DNA of 64,000 nucleotides from an uncultured Acidobacteriota bacterium (GTDB lineage: Bacteria > Acidobacteriota > UBA6911 > RPQK01 > CBDAPI01): NCBI GenBank assembly GCA_964565865.1, contig CAZMGM010000009.1, positions 5,070 through 69,069 on the forward strand, written 5' to 3'. The notes under the pieces were generated by a model. It was given only the letters and a program-made list of their open reading frames with translations, had not been told where the DNA came from and ran no database searches. The position numbers were made by a program, and so were the translations under genes. Of the stretch, positions 50,866-62,517 are shown in pieces. Within the stretch, counting starts at the first letter, position 1. Each line of letters begins with the position of its first letter.

Positions 50866-51756
50866 CTAGTTCTGTGGGGCGTAGTAGCCCTGGCGAGCAC
50901 GAACCGAGAGGGTGGGCAAACCGTCTGGCGGGTCCAGCCTAACCTTGATTCTGCGCCATTTCCCGTCGGGTGCTGTGTCGCTGGGTTCGTAACCGATCAC
51001 GTACTGGTTGCGAAGCTCCGTATGAATCAAGTCGACAAAGTAGTCCAGCTGTTTGAAGTTGTTGGGGAAAAAAGGTCTCCCCCCGGTTAGGCGTGTGATC
51101 TCGGCGATGATGCCGGTTCCGTAGCCAAGCCTTCCCCGTTCGCCGATTACATAAATCTGGACATCCGACTCTTTGGCAAACCGTTTCACTTCGGTGAAGG
51201 TATAGCGACTCATGTTGTCCTCGCCGTCGGTGATGATGATGAGGGCCTTCTTGTCGTGGCGTCCCTCTCGAATCTTTTCGAGCCCCAGGTAAACGCTGTC
51301 GTAGAGAGCGGTCCGGCCTCTGGGCTTGATCATGGAGAGCTCGCCTTGAAGGCTCTCGCGGCGGGATGTGAAATCATAGGCCATCTTGGTGCGATCGTTG
51401 AACGTGATCAGGAAATACTCGTCCAGTTCATGGCCCTGCTCGAGGAATCGAACCACGGAGTTTCGAGCACTGATGATGTCGTCGGACATCGATCCGCTGA
51501 TGTCGAGGATGATTCCTACGGAGACTGGCGAGCGATCGTTGGAAAAATGAATGATCTCCTGTTCAACCTTTCCTTCGAAGACGAGAAAGTGATCCTCTTC
51601 AAGGCCGATCACATAACGGTTGAGAGGGTCTGTGACGCTGATGCGAACCACCACCATGTCGACGTCGACACGAACCCGGGCAGGGTCCTGCAGGGCAAGT
51701 CCGATCTGCCCGCTGAAAGCAGCGACAAGAACCATTACCCGTACAGAAAAACACAT
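50866..51756 (-). CDS. VWA-domain protein of the same Acidobacterial VWFA-related family
   Basis: MIDAS motif DISGSM, TALYDS, IITDGEDN. Same architecture and same C-terminal YY motif as its neighbour. Confidence 0.7.
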   Translation of the reverse strand: MCFSVRVMVLVAAFSGQIGLALQDPARVRVDVDMVVVRISVTDPLNRYVIGLEEDHFLVFEGKVEQEIIHFSNDRSPVSVGIILDISGSMSDDIISARNSVVRFLEQGHELDEYFLITFNDRTKMAYDFTSRRESLQGELSMIKPRGRTALYDSVYLGLEKIREGRHDKKALIIITDGEDNMSRYTFTEVKRFAKESDVQIYVIGERGRLGYGTGIIAEITRLTGGRPFFPNNFKQLDYFVDLIHTELRNQYVIGYEPSDTAPDGKWRRIKVRLDPPDGLPTLSVRARQGYYAPQN

Positions 51757-51840
51757 CTTGAAAGGTTAGTTTAATCCAAGCTACCCTGAATGTGAAGCTG
51801 AGCCAATTGGTCAGTCAGCTCGTCCACAATTGCAACGATG

Positions 51841-54051
51841 CTAGTCCCCGCTCACTTCTTCGAAGTAGCTGGGAGGGACAAGAACCTGGCGGGCTTTGGT
51901 CCCGTCCGGAGGACCGATCAGGCTTTCATGTTCCATCATGTCCAGCAGTCGTGCTGCCCTTCCGTAGCCGATACGGAGACGCCGCTGCAGCAGGGAAGTG
52001 GAGGCCCTTCCTGTTTCCACTACAAAGCGAGCGGCATCGTCGTAGAGTGAATCCTCGAGGTGTTCCAGGTCGACCAGGATGGCCTCCTGTTCTTCCTGAC
52101 CCTCCAGGACATCCTCCTGATAGGTGGGTGAACCCTGCGACCTCAGGAAGGAAGCGATGCGTTCCGTTTCCTTCTCCGTGACGAGACAGCCGTGAACACG
52201 CACGGGTCTGGCGGTTAAAGGCGAGAGAAAGAGCATGTCTCCCTGCCCTAGAAGCTGTTCGGCGCCATTCATGTCGATGACAGTCCTGGAGTCGATCTTC
52301 GAGGCAACGCGGAAAGAAATACGGCAGGGGAAGTTGGCTTTAATCAGGCCCGTAAGAACGTCTACCGACGGCCGCTGAGTTGCGAGTATCAAATGGATTC
52401 CGATAGCGCGAGCCATCTGGGCCAGGCGGGTCAGGGAAGCTTCGACTTCCTTTCCGCCGGTCATCATGAGATCTGCAAGCTCGTCGACGATCACCACGAT
52501 GAGCGGAAGATGCTCCAGACCCTCCTCATTTTCATCCAGGGGGAGACTCTCGACATAGTTGTTGTACTGGACCAGGTTGCGGACTCCCGCCCGAGCCAGG
52601 AGTTTGTACCGTCGCTCCATCTCTCTGACTGCCCATTTCAGGGCATTGGCGGCCTTTTTCGGGCTTGTGACGATGGGGGTGAGAAGGTGGGGAATGTCTT
52701 CGTACAAACCCAGCTCGAGGCGCTTTGGATCGATCAGAATGAACTTCACCTCCTGAGGAGACGCCCGGTACAGGATCGAAGTCACAATACAGTTCGCAGC
52801 TACGCTCTTGCCGGATCCTGTGGCCCCGGCAATGAGCAAATGAGGCATCTGGCACAGGTCGGAGGAAAAGGTGTTTCCGTTGATCAGCTTGCCGAGTCCC
52901 AGGGTGAGCAACGATGGACTCTGCTGAAAGGAAGTGGAGGCCAGGACTTCTCGCAGGTGAATCGTCTGGCGCCGGTGATTGGGGACTTCGATGCCCACTG
53001 TGTTTTTCCCAGGTATGCGGTCGACACGAATTGCCTCGGCGCGTAAGGCTAGACAAAGATCGTCGACAAGGCTGGTAATGCGGCTATATTTGACCCCAGG
53101 GTCCGGCTTGAATTCAAAGGTGGTAACCACGGGGCCAGGGTGGACCTGCAGGACGCTTCCTCTCACATCAAACTCGCCGAGCTTGCTGGTGAGGAGCCGA
53201 GCCCGCTCCATCAATTCCGCTTCATCTATTGCCACGCTGCCCTCGGACTGAGACAGGATCTCCAGGGAGGGTGACTCGTAGGTCGAGGCATCGACCCTGG
53301 TCACCTGTGGGGTGCCAGTGCCTTCCTCGAACTGGAGGGTCCGTCCAGTCGCTCCTTCCCCGTTAGATTCGGAGAGATTCCCAAGGCGAATTTTGTGGCC
53401 TGGAGGCTGGTTCACAACTGCTCGTGGATCCTCTCTCATTTGCTTCAGAGTTTGACGGTTCTGGCGATGTTTTCGCCAGGCTGCAAAGCTCTCCCGGAAG
53501 CTGGCAACTGGATTCCAGTTCTGCTCGCTTAGCCAGCTGATAAGGGCTTCAAACGAAAATCGGGTGGTGAGCACAAGGGCAAAAAGAAGAGAAAAAAACA
53601 CCAGGATCAGGGCCCCGTACCGGTTGAATGAGGACTCCAGAACGGAGGCCACGAGGATGCCCACGACGCCCCCCGGCGCATAAGCGGTGTGGTCGGCCAG
53701 AGACGGCCTCAAAATTGCGAATGCGGCCGCCGTTGTGATCAGAATCCCCACAGCCCCGCAGGTTTTAATGATCGGATAATCTAGGGCCAGACCGCGCAGC
53801 TGGCGAAACCCTGCCGAGAAGAGGACCACAGGGATCAGAAAGGAAGCCACCCCGAAAAGCTGAAACAGGAAATCGGCAAGCCAGGCTCCTGTGCGCCCGA
53901 TGTAGTTGAGGTATTGATTGCTACTGGTAGAAACGTTCCAGGACCCATCCTGGGGGCTGTAGCTGTACAAAGCCAGAATCAGGAGCAGGGCGGACATGAG
54001 ACAGGCCAAACCAATCAACTCGGTGGTCTTTTGCTTGGGATAAACCGACAT
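51841..54051 (-). CDS. ftsK: DNA translocase FtsK
   Basis: N-terminal TM region, Walker A (GATGSGKS) motor domain and C-terminal gamma wHTH. Confidence 0.85.
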   Translation of the reverse strand: MSVYPKQKTTELIGLACLMSALLLILALYSYSPQDGSWNVSTSSNQYLNYIGRTGAWLADFLFQLFGVASFLIPVVLFSAGFRQLRGLALDYPIIKTCGAVGILITTAAAFAILRPSLADHTAYAPGGVVGILVASVLESSFNRYGALILVFFSLLFALVLTTRFSFEALISWLSEQNWNPVASFRESFAAWRKHRQNRQTLKQMREDPRAVVNQPPGHKIRLGNLSESNGEGATGRTLQFEEGTGTPQVTRVDASTYESPSLEILSQSEGSVAIDEAELMERARLLTSKLGEFDVRGSVLQVHPGPVVTTFEFKPDPGVKYSRITSLVDDLCLALRAEAIRVDRIPGKNTVGIEVPNHRRQTIHLREVLASTSFQQSPSLLTLGLGKLINGNTFSSDLCQMPHLLIAGATGSGKSVAANCIVTSILYRASPQEVKFILIDPKRLELGLYEDIPHLLTPIVTSPKKAANALKWAVREMERRYKLLARAGVRNLVQYNNYVESLPLDENEEGLEHLPLIVVIVDELADLMMTGGKEVEASLTRLAQMARAIGIHLILATQRPSVDVLTGLIKANFPCRISFRVASKIDSRTVIDMNGAEQLLGQGDMLFLSPLTARPVRVHGCLVTEKETERIASFLRSQGSPTYQEDVLEGQEEQEAILVDLEHLEDSLYDDAARFVVETGRASTSLLQRRLRIGYGRAARLLDMMEHESLIGPPDGTKARQVLVPPSYFEEVSGD

Positions 54052-54070
54052 TGAAAAAGAATCCTTGACC

Positions 54071-55735
54071 TTACATTTTTTGGAAAACGGGCACGATCAG
54101 AGGACGCTTTCCGATCGTCTTCTTGAGGAACCTCTTGAGATGACGACCCACACGTTCTGCGCACAGTTTCTCGTCCCGTCGTTCGGAGTCCGAAAGGTCC
54201 GCTGTGGCCAGGAGTGCTTGTCTCCTCAGGTCAGCTTCCAGCTGAGCTGCCTTTTTTCCAGACAGGACACCCTTCAGAATCACCTTCGGAGGGTCGGCCG
54301 CCTGTTTGGAGGGACGGACCAAAGGGAAACAAAGCAGGACAATGCCGTTCTGGGCCATGCAGCGGCGTTCCCGAATCACGTCGATCCCGATCTCTTCTCG
54401 TTTACCAGCGTCAATATAACGGTAACCGACCGGTACCTCGCCCTTGAGGTGAAAGCGGTCTTCGGAAACCTCGAGCACTTGCCCGCTTTCCAGGATCTGG
54501 ACCCGATCGGCGGTCAATCCCTGATCTGCGGCCAGCCCTGCATGTTTGGCCAACTGCCGGTACTCGCCGTGCGTGGGAACAAAGTAGCGGGGACGGGTCA
54601 GGTTGAGCAAGATCTTCAGGTCCGCTTGAAAACCATGGCCGGATGAGTGCACCAGGGTAGTACGGGAGTCGTAGACGAAAGCTCCCCGACGGTAGAAATG
54701 GTTGATCATACCCGTGACGCTCCGCTCGTTGCCCGGGATGATTCGAGTAGACAGTATGACCGTGTCCCCATCGCGAATCATGATCCGGCGATACTGATCG
54801 TAGGCCAGGCGGTTCATCGCCGAGCGGGGTTCGCCCTGACTGCCGGTGGCCAGAAAGACAGTCTCTTCGGGTGCCAACCGAGCGTGCTCCGAAAATGGCT
54901 GAAGAACCTCGGGGGGAACCTTTAAGTATCCCAGGTCCTGAGCAATCTTAAGGTTGGTGACCATGCTTCTGCCCAAGGCGATCACCTGCCTGTCAAACTC
55001 TCTGGCAAGGTCCATCACTACCTGCAACCGATGGATGCTGCTGGCAAAGCAACTGACGAAGATGCGGCTCTCTGCCTTCCGGAAAATAGCTCGAAGGGGC
55101 TCACGGATAGAATGCTCCGAGGGTGTGAGACCTGCCATAGCCGCGTTGGTACTGTCCGAACAGAGGAGTAGGACCCCGCTGTCGCCGTATTCAGCGAGTC
55201 GTCCCATATCGCTGAGCCGGCTGTCAATGGGACTCTGGTCAAACTTGAAGTCCCCTGACCAGATCACCACTCCGGCAGGAGTACGGAAAGCGAAAGAGAA
55301 GGAATCCGGCATGGAATGGGTCATGTGCAGAGGCTCAACTTGGAAAACTCCAAATTGAAGCTTCTGTCGGGCCTTGATCGGGTTCAGCGACACCGCATTA
55401 TGCAGGTTTCGCTCCAAAAGACGGTTTCGCACCAGTCCCAGTGCCAGCGGACTTCCATATATCGGCACCGGCACCTCATTGACGAGAAAGGGGAGACCAC
55501 CGATATGATCCTCGTGTCCGTGGGTGAGCAGAATGCAGTGCAGATGCTTTCTGTTCTCCTTGAGAAAGGTGATGTCCGGTACGATCAGGTCCAGCCCCAG
55601 TCCCCGTAAAGAGCCGTTCGGAAACATGACCCCGGCATCAATCAGGATCATTTCTTCCCCGCAACGCAATACGGCACAATTCATGCCGAACTCGCCTAAT
55701 CCTCCCAGGGGTATGATTTCTACAGACTGGCCCAT
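54071..55735 (-). CDS. rnj: Ribonuclease J (beta-CASP MBL)
   Basis: HGHEDHIGG motif, beta-CASP region, and RNase J length. Confidence 0.85.
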   Translation of the reverse strand: MGQSVEIIPLGGLGEFGMNCAVLRCGEEMILIDAGVMFPNGSLRGLGLDLIVPDITFLKENRKHLHCILLTHGHEDHIGGLPFLVNEVPVPIYGSPLALGLVRNRLLERNLHNAVSLNPIKARQKLQFGVFQVEPLHMTHSMPDSFSFAFRTPAGVVIWSGDFKFDQSPIDSRLSDMGRLAEYGDSGVLLLCSDSTNAAMAGLTPSEHSIREPLRAIFRKAESRIFVSCFASSIHRLQVVMDLAREFDRQVIALGRSMVTNLKIAQDLGYLKVPPEVLQPFSEHARLAPEETVFLATGSQGEPRSAMNRLAYDQYRRIMIRDGDTVILSTRIIPGNERSVTGMINHFYRRGAFVYDSRTTLVHSSGHGFQADLKILLNLTRPRYFVPTHGEYRQLAKHAGLAADQGLTADRVQILESGQVLEVSEDRFHLKGEVPVGYRYIDAGKREEIGIDVIRERRCMAQNGIVLLCFPLVRPSKQAADPPKVILKGVLSGKKAAQLEADLRRQALLATADLSDSERRDEKLCAERVGRHLKRFLKKTIGKRPLIVPVFQKM

Positions 55736-55747
55736 AAACCGGCGAAA

Positions 55748-56554
55748 TTATAGCATTCGAACCAGACAGCAGAACTCTTCCATGCTGACCTGGTGAGGCC
55801 GCCTCTCCGGCTCGATTTCACAGGCCGACAAGGCTTCTCGAAGACGGTTCCCGGGAACAGCAAGAGACTTCAAGTTATTTCGCAGCGTCTTGCGGGGATG
55901 TCGGAAGGCGCAGCTCACAATAGAGTCCAAGTCGTCCCAGGAAACCTTCCCACGGGTGCTCCGGCGGGGCGTCATCTTCATAACGGTGGAGGTAACGGCG
56001 GGCCGTGGAGAAAATGCCCCCGGGGAAACCTGGAATCCTTTTTCGAGCCGGTGGTGAAACTGTGCGAAAAGGGAAAAGTACCCGTAATTGCGATTGTCAC
56101 AGGGGGCCAGGATGCGATTCGCCACTTCGCGCTGAACCATCATGGTGAGACTGTGAAACCAATCGCTGGATTTTGTCATCTTCTTAATGACTGCAGTGGC
56201 AATATTGTATGGAAGGTTGGCGACCAGGCGGATTCCGGTACAGGGAAGCATCTCTTCGAGAGGCACTCTCAGGATGTCGCCCTCGATGATGCGAAGCCGC
56301 TCGGCTGTGTCCCCGCTCCAGCGAGCGCGCAGAAGCGGGATTAATTTTGGATCGACTTCAATGACGATCACCTGGCCAGCAACAGCTAGCAACTCGGTGG
56401 TTAGCTGGCCGGTACCGGGTCCGATCTCGAGGACGATGTCGTTGGAGGAAACCCCGGCAAAGTGAACGATACGCCGACAGATGGCGGGATCAGTCAGAAA
56501 ATGCTGACCAAGATCTTTCTTGGCCTCAATTCGTTCAGTCAACCGGACAGCCAT
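55748..56554 (-). CDS. rsmA: 16S rRNA (adenine1518/1519-N6)-dimethyltransferase
   Basis: KsgA motifs (LGQHFL, EIGPGTGQLT, NLPYNIAT). Confidence 0.85.
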   Translation of the reverse strand: MAVRLTERIEAKKDLGQHFLTDPAICRRIVHFAGVSSNDIVLEIGPGTGQLTTELLAVAGQVIVIEVDPKLIPLLRARWSGDTAERLRIIEGDILRVPLEEMLPCTGIRLVANLPYNIATAVIKKMTKSSDWFHSLTMMVQREVANRILAPCDNRNYGYFSLFAQFHHRLEKGFQVSPGAFSPRPAVTSTVMKMTPRRSTRGKVSWDDLDSIVSCAFRHPRKTLRNNLKSLAVPGNRLREALSACEIEPERRPHQVSMEEFCCLVRML

Positions 56555-56656
56555 GGTAGCATAAGCTAAATCTGAAGGACGAGCCTTAGCGACCCGTGGA
56601 GACTTTCACCATGGGCTGCTCAGGGTACTTGGATTCGAAGAATGCATGGAGGAAAA

Positions 56657-56980
56657 ATGAGCCAGGTAAACGAAGTTACAGACGATAATTTCCAGCAGGA
56701 AGTCCTGGACTCGGAACGACCGGTTCTGGTCGATTTCTGGGCAAGTTGGTGTGCTCCCTGCCGCATGCTGGCCCCAACCATAGACGAGGTGGCGAAAGAC
56801 TTCGAAGACCGGGCCAAGGTGGTCAAACTCAACGTGGACGAGAATGGTGCCACGTCCATGAAATACAACATCAAGGGGATCCCAACGCTGCTTCTGTTCA
56901 AGGACGGAGTCATCAAGGATCAAATTGTGGGAGCGACATCCAAAGACAACATCGTCCGCATGATTGAAGCTCAAATGTAG
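56657..56980 (+). CDS. trxA: Thioredoxin
   Basis: WCAPCRM active site. The ATG at 56657 is preceded by GGAGGAAAA. The ORF-track start at 56642 is upstream in frame. Confidence 0.85.
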   Translation: MSQVNEVTDDNFQQEVLDSERPVLVDFWASWCAPCRMLAPTIDEVAKDFEDRAKVVKLNVDENGATSMKYNIKGIPTLLLFKDGVIKDQIVGATSKDNIVRMIEAQM

Positions 56981-57011
56981 TCGTGGAGTCACCAACGCAG
57001 TATGCCATCGA

Positions 57012-57034
57012 GGCCGGGCAACCGGCCTTTTTTT
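57012..57034 (+). terminator. Intrinsic terminator after trxA: GGCCGG-GCAA-CCGGCC followed by TTTTTTT
   Basis: Textbook GC hairpin plus T7 run about 30 bp after the trxA stop. Confidence 0.6.
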
Positions 57035-57207
57035 CTGGGAAGGTTCTGGGTTCTGGACCCGTTCCCTGGCCGTTGCTCGCGCCGTTCCGACTTCCGGATG
57101 GCATCCAGAAGCAGGAATAGAAAACGACTCTTCACCCGTTCGAGTTACAATAATCTCCCACCGGCTGGCGAAAGTGGTTTTTGGGCCAATCAACCTGGCA
57201 GTATTAG

Positions 57208-58527
<1,320 letters not shown>

Positions 58528-59083
58528 TTTCCTCGAGTTCCTGTGTTTCGTGTTCCGAGTGGCACGAACCATCAACCCCTAAGAGTAGATAATGACCAGT
58601 AACGTGAAGCCTGAGTTGTTCTCCGTCGCCGAGCCTTGGGCTTCGTACATCACCCAACCTGTAATCTGACATCTCGACTGGAACGCGTGGTGTATCGCCC
58701 ACAGAATATCCGGGGAATCCAGAACTCCCAATTTGGAACAGCGTGAGCTCTCACCAGAGCCCCCATTAGTCGCCCCCTGCAGTCTGACTATTTGTTTCCA
58801 TGTCTTCCGGACTTTGTAAAATAGACAGCTCATGTCCTACCCGTCTTCAAGGGCGTTAACTGATTGTTTCAGCCACTTGTCTTGCCGTTAGAGAGTTCTG
58901 GAACGCTTCGTTCATTAGGAAGTTCGGGACAAGTGAGGGAAGAATCCTTGAGGAAAGAAGGACGGCCCCTTTGGGATGACAGGGAAACGGAGACTGTTTC
59001 CCTCGCTTGTTCGTTGCGAGGTCAGGGGCCCCCGGGTAACAGAAGGGGCACACAGGGGGAACGCCTCCTGTAGAATTGTGTCA

Positions 59084-59896
59084 ATGGCCACCTGTGCTGA
59101 CCTCGGTCTTGTTGGAACGCTGCTGTTTTCGCCCCTGGCTCAGTCTACCCAGGCTCCGCACCTCCAGCTCGACGAGGTGCTATATCTCTACGGGGTCGAG
59201 TCCCAGGTGGAACAGATTCCCGCCCAGATCCGGAGTCAGATGGACAGCTACGAAGGGACGCAAAATCCCAAAGCCTTTGAGATCCTCAAGGATGTGCTCC
59301 CTCGAGCCTATGCCAAAGACGAGCTGATGGCCTCGCTGAGAGAGTCCTTCTACCGCCAGTCCGAGGGGCTAGATCTCAGCCCGTCACTGGAATGGCTACG
59401 CGGTCCGCTGGCCGCTCGCATTTCTGAGCTGGAGGCGGAAGCATCTCGGCCCGAAGCCTGGGACGAGATGCAAGAGTACGCTCGGGAGTCTCAGGACCTA
59501 GATCCCGAATCTCCAAGGGTCCAGTTGTTCCTCGAACTGGACAAAGCGGCCAGCGTGACCGAATCGGGGATCAGGCTGCTGCTCGAGATGGCTGGCGCCA
59601 CGGCTCGGGGAATCAACCGCCTGGCACCTGAAAAAGGGCAGTTCCCCGATGAAGTCTTGGCCAGTCGGATCCAGGGGATCGAGGCCCAGATACGTCCCTT
59701 CTTTAGGGAAAGCACACGGCTGCTGCTGCAGTTCAAGTTCCGGACCCTCGAGGACGAGGAGATTCGTCAGTACTTGGAGTTTGTCCGCTCCTCCGAGGGC
59801 CAGTGGCTCCAGGAAGCAGTCATCGTCTCCCTGGTTCAGGCTTTGCGCGAAGCCGGGGACCGTGCCGGCTATCTCATCGACGAACGGATCAAGTAA
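59084..59896 (+). CDS. Hypothetical secreted alpha-helical protein
   Basis: Start at MATCADLGLVGTLLFSPLAQS (signal-like). The ORF track begins at 58976. No recognised family. Confidence 0.4.
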   Translation: MATCADLGLVGTLLFSPLAQSTQAPHLQLDEVLYLYGVESQVEQIPAQIRSQMDSYEGTQNPKAFEILKDVLPRAYAKDELMASLRESFYRQSEGLDLSPSLEWLRGPLAARISELEAEASRPEAWDEMQEYARESQDLDPESPRVQLFLELDKAASVTESGIRLLLEMAGATARGINRLAPEKGQFPDEVLASRIQGIEAQIRPFFRESTRLLLQFKFRTLEDEEIRQYLEFVRSSEGQWLQEAVIVSLVQALREAGDRAGYLIDERIK

Positions 59897-60084
59897 TCCG
59901 GTACTCCTCAATGCTGGGGCGTCAGTGGAGCTGGATTTCATTATGCCTGGACACAAAACACAAGGGTTTCGTGAGTCTGCTACGGCACCAGAAAAAGACG
60001 AAGGAGCGAGCGAGCGCAACCGTGACCCTGTGCTAGAATCAAGCCCCCCGAAGAGCGTTCATTCTCGCCTTTCGGGGAAATGGT

Positions 60085-60160
60085 GGGCCGCTAGCTCAGT
60101 TGGTAGAGCATCTGCCTTTTAAGCAGAGGGTCGCTGGTTCGAATCCAGCGCGGCTCACCA
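60085..60160 (+). tRNA. tRNA-Lys (anticodon UUU), 76 nt, CCA encoded
   Basis: Manual fold: acceptor GGGCCGC/GCGGCTC; D-arm TAGCTCAGTTGGTAGAGCA; anticodon stem TCTGC/GCAGA with loop CTTTTAA; T-arm GCTGGTTCGAATCCAGC. Confidence 0.9.
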
Positions 60161-60328
60161 TTTAATTTCAATAACTGACAGGAGTTCTCTCTCTGGAAAA
60201 AAGCCCTGATTGTGGCCTCTGGGTAACAAATGGGAAGTCCTGAAATGGCTAGAGGGCATTTCACTCCCGCCTGAGTACACTGGTCATATTCCAGTCAATA
60301 TCCGGGAAAATTCAGGAAAGAGGTAGAT

Positions 60329-60610
60329 ATGAAAGTTGTGGCTGCTTCGGCCATGATCGCTATGGGTTCCACGGAATCACTCCGAGGTCTGCCTGCTGAT
60401 CCTGCACCGGTTGTCTTCACCAAATCCAAGCTGGCCGTCCGTAAACCGAATGGTAAGCGGGAGGTCCTCGAAACCATGGGCTATGATCAGATCCAGGTGA
60501 CGCAATACTCCTCATCGGGATCTGGCTTTCGACGATTACCCATAATTTTTCAAATGGGATTGATCACACGGGACAGGGAACTTCTCTTTCGGTCTCCACT
60601 ACCTCTGTAG
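60329..60610 (+). CDS. Small hypothetical ORF downstream of tRNA-Lys
   Basis: Good RBS (AGGAAAGAGG, 5-nt spacer) but no recognisable family. Could be spurious. Confidence 0.2.
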   Translation: MKVVAASAMIAMGSTESLRGLPADPAPVVFTKSKLAVRKPNGKREVLETMGYDQIQVTQYSSSGSGFRRLPIIFQMGLITRDRELLFRSPLPL

Positions 60611-61488
60611 AGATTTATTCCCCTACCTCTTTGACTGATCCCACCGTCATACTAACCGTCTTTTTCGGCCGTGACAGCTGGGGCAGACGCGCCTCAGGTT
60701 GGTTAGATCATCGGTGCCGCTGCAGCTCTTGGTCGACATGGTTCCCAGGTTCCCCGGTTCACCGGATGATTTTGACCTGATGCGATGGACCCAAATGGGG
60801 ACTGGCCAGGGCGGGGATGGAAAACGGGTACTTCCTGCTGGACTTCCTGCCTCTCCCTAACGTGGCCGTGGGCGGTTTCGCCACCACCGAGAGAGTCTTC
60901 AATCCGGAATTGGCCGGGGGGGACCAACGACTGGAAATCACCGGGGCCAGCTTCAGAAACGAAGGGGATCATTCTGAGGAACCGGAAAAGGCGAGACAGA
61001 TGAGGTTGGTTCAGGCCTGGGGTCTGACTGTTGGCAACCGGCTGGTCTTGGGCTGGTATGGTGCGCCAGAGATCTTCAACACCGACCAGCTTCCCAATTT
61101 ACATCGCCGGCGTTTTTCGATGTCCTGCAGCAGGCAGCAGCCCGAACCTCGATGGACGGTAGAGGTTCCTGGATGGCTAACATCTTCATCGAGAGGGTAT
61201 GACGACCACTCGAATACAAATGTGTCTATCGGAATGCTTTCTAAACGGGGGGGCACACAAGCCCGTCGAGAGAATCGGCAATGGGTTGCGCGATCTTTAC
61301 AACACCAATGCCCCTCTAATGCCAATCATGGGGGGACTGCCCCCATGATTGGCCAGTGGACTCGAAAAAGCTGGAGGGGGGCTCGTTCCACCTCACCCCT
61401 TAACGGCAATGTGAAACTACCCTAAGTCCACCTTAGTATTGCCGCCAAACTATGCAAGCAAGAAATGGGGCCCATGTCTGAGAGCCTG

Positions 61489-61797
61489 CTAGGGCATGAT
61501 CCTTGCCCAGACATTCTTGGCAATGATAGCAATTGCAGCGGCCGCCACAACTGCGCCAACGTTGCCAATGATAGCTGTCAGGTGCTCTCCAATCGCTGGG
61601 AGTGAGCCCAAGGCGTCAGAGGCAGCTGCCAATACCAAGGCAGTGACTAAAACCCGAACATGGTCTTCTTTGGCGATCACCCAACCGGCGACGAGACCGA
61701 GAATTACAAAGGCTATTGCCACGTTTGGAATACTGGCAAAGGCAGCCAGAATTGCGAGTAGTACCGCAACTATTACTGAAACTCTCTCTAAGGACAT
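61489..61797 (-). CDS. Small hydrophobic membrane protein (about 3 TM)
   Basis: 102-aa ORF that is almost entirely hydrophobic helices. Its antisense partner looks like junk. Confidence 0.3.
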   Translation of the reverse strand: MSLERVSVIVAVLLAILAAFASIPNVAIAFVILGLVAGWVIAKEDHVRVLVTALVLAAASDALGSLPAIGEHLTAIIGNVGAVVAAAAIAIIAKNVWARIMP

Positions 61798-62298
61798 GTA
61801 AACCTCTTTTGATATTTATGGTTCAAAAGTTAGCAGAAGGCTAACCTGAAACACAAGGTCAGGGTTGAATAAAGAGTAGTTTGCCAGGCCCCCTTTGAGG
61901 GTGCCTACCTTCAGTTAACCTTATATCAGGGGTAGAGGTGCATGGTACCGGGTGCCATTGTGCTGTCAGATTCGACGCAGTTTCACAGCTGAATCGTCTC
62001 ACCGGAAGAACCGGCCAAGACACCGTACCGGGATCGACTGGCCCGTTACAATGAAATCCGCGTGGATTTCATTGAAGGAAGACAGCCCAGGGAAAAACAA
62101 TCGCCACCGATAGCATACAAGAAGGAGATTGACTGGCAGGATACCGTTCATGTCGTGAGCACGGTTCAGGGAGATTTTCTCACCCCCGCAAAGTACACGA
62201 GTGCCCCCAGGAGGACCAGAACAACCGAGTTGAAGAACGCGAGTCCTCGAAGAGTTCAACGATGTTGGTGATGGAATACGAACGCGTCAGGAAAAAAG

Positions 62299-62517
62299 AT
62301 GAACACAGTGATTACCTCTGCTGCCGCCTCCAGCGAGAGCGGCGAGATTGAACTTGAGTATCGACGAGTGCGGTCTTTTTCGGAACAGTTGGCGATGCGT
62401 TTGAGCCCTGAAGCAATGCAAGTCCATTCGGCGCACATGCATCCCACCTACAGTGATTTTTTCACGGTATCAGCTGGCTGCCAGTTTTTGGGATTTAGGT
62501 TGGCAGGGAGTCGTTGA
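62299..62517 (+). CDS. Small ORF (72 aa) translationally coupled to egtD
   Basis: ATG preceded by an AGGAAAAAAG region. The stop overlaps the egtD start (ATGA). Confidence 0.25.
   Translation: MNTVITSAAASSESGEIELEYRRVRSFSEQLAMRLSPEAMQVHSAHMHPTYSDFFTVSAGCQFLGFRLAGSR

Noticed and set aside
60817-61425. 202-aa plus-strand ORF after tRNA-Lys
   Set aside because: The second half is R/S-rich nonsense. At best it is a fragment of a beta-rich protein, and it is treated as part of the possible island debris rather than a gene.
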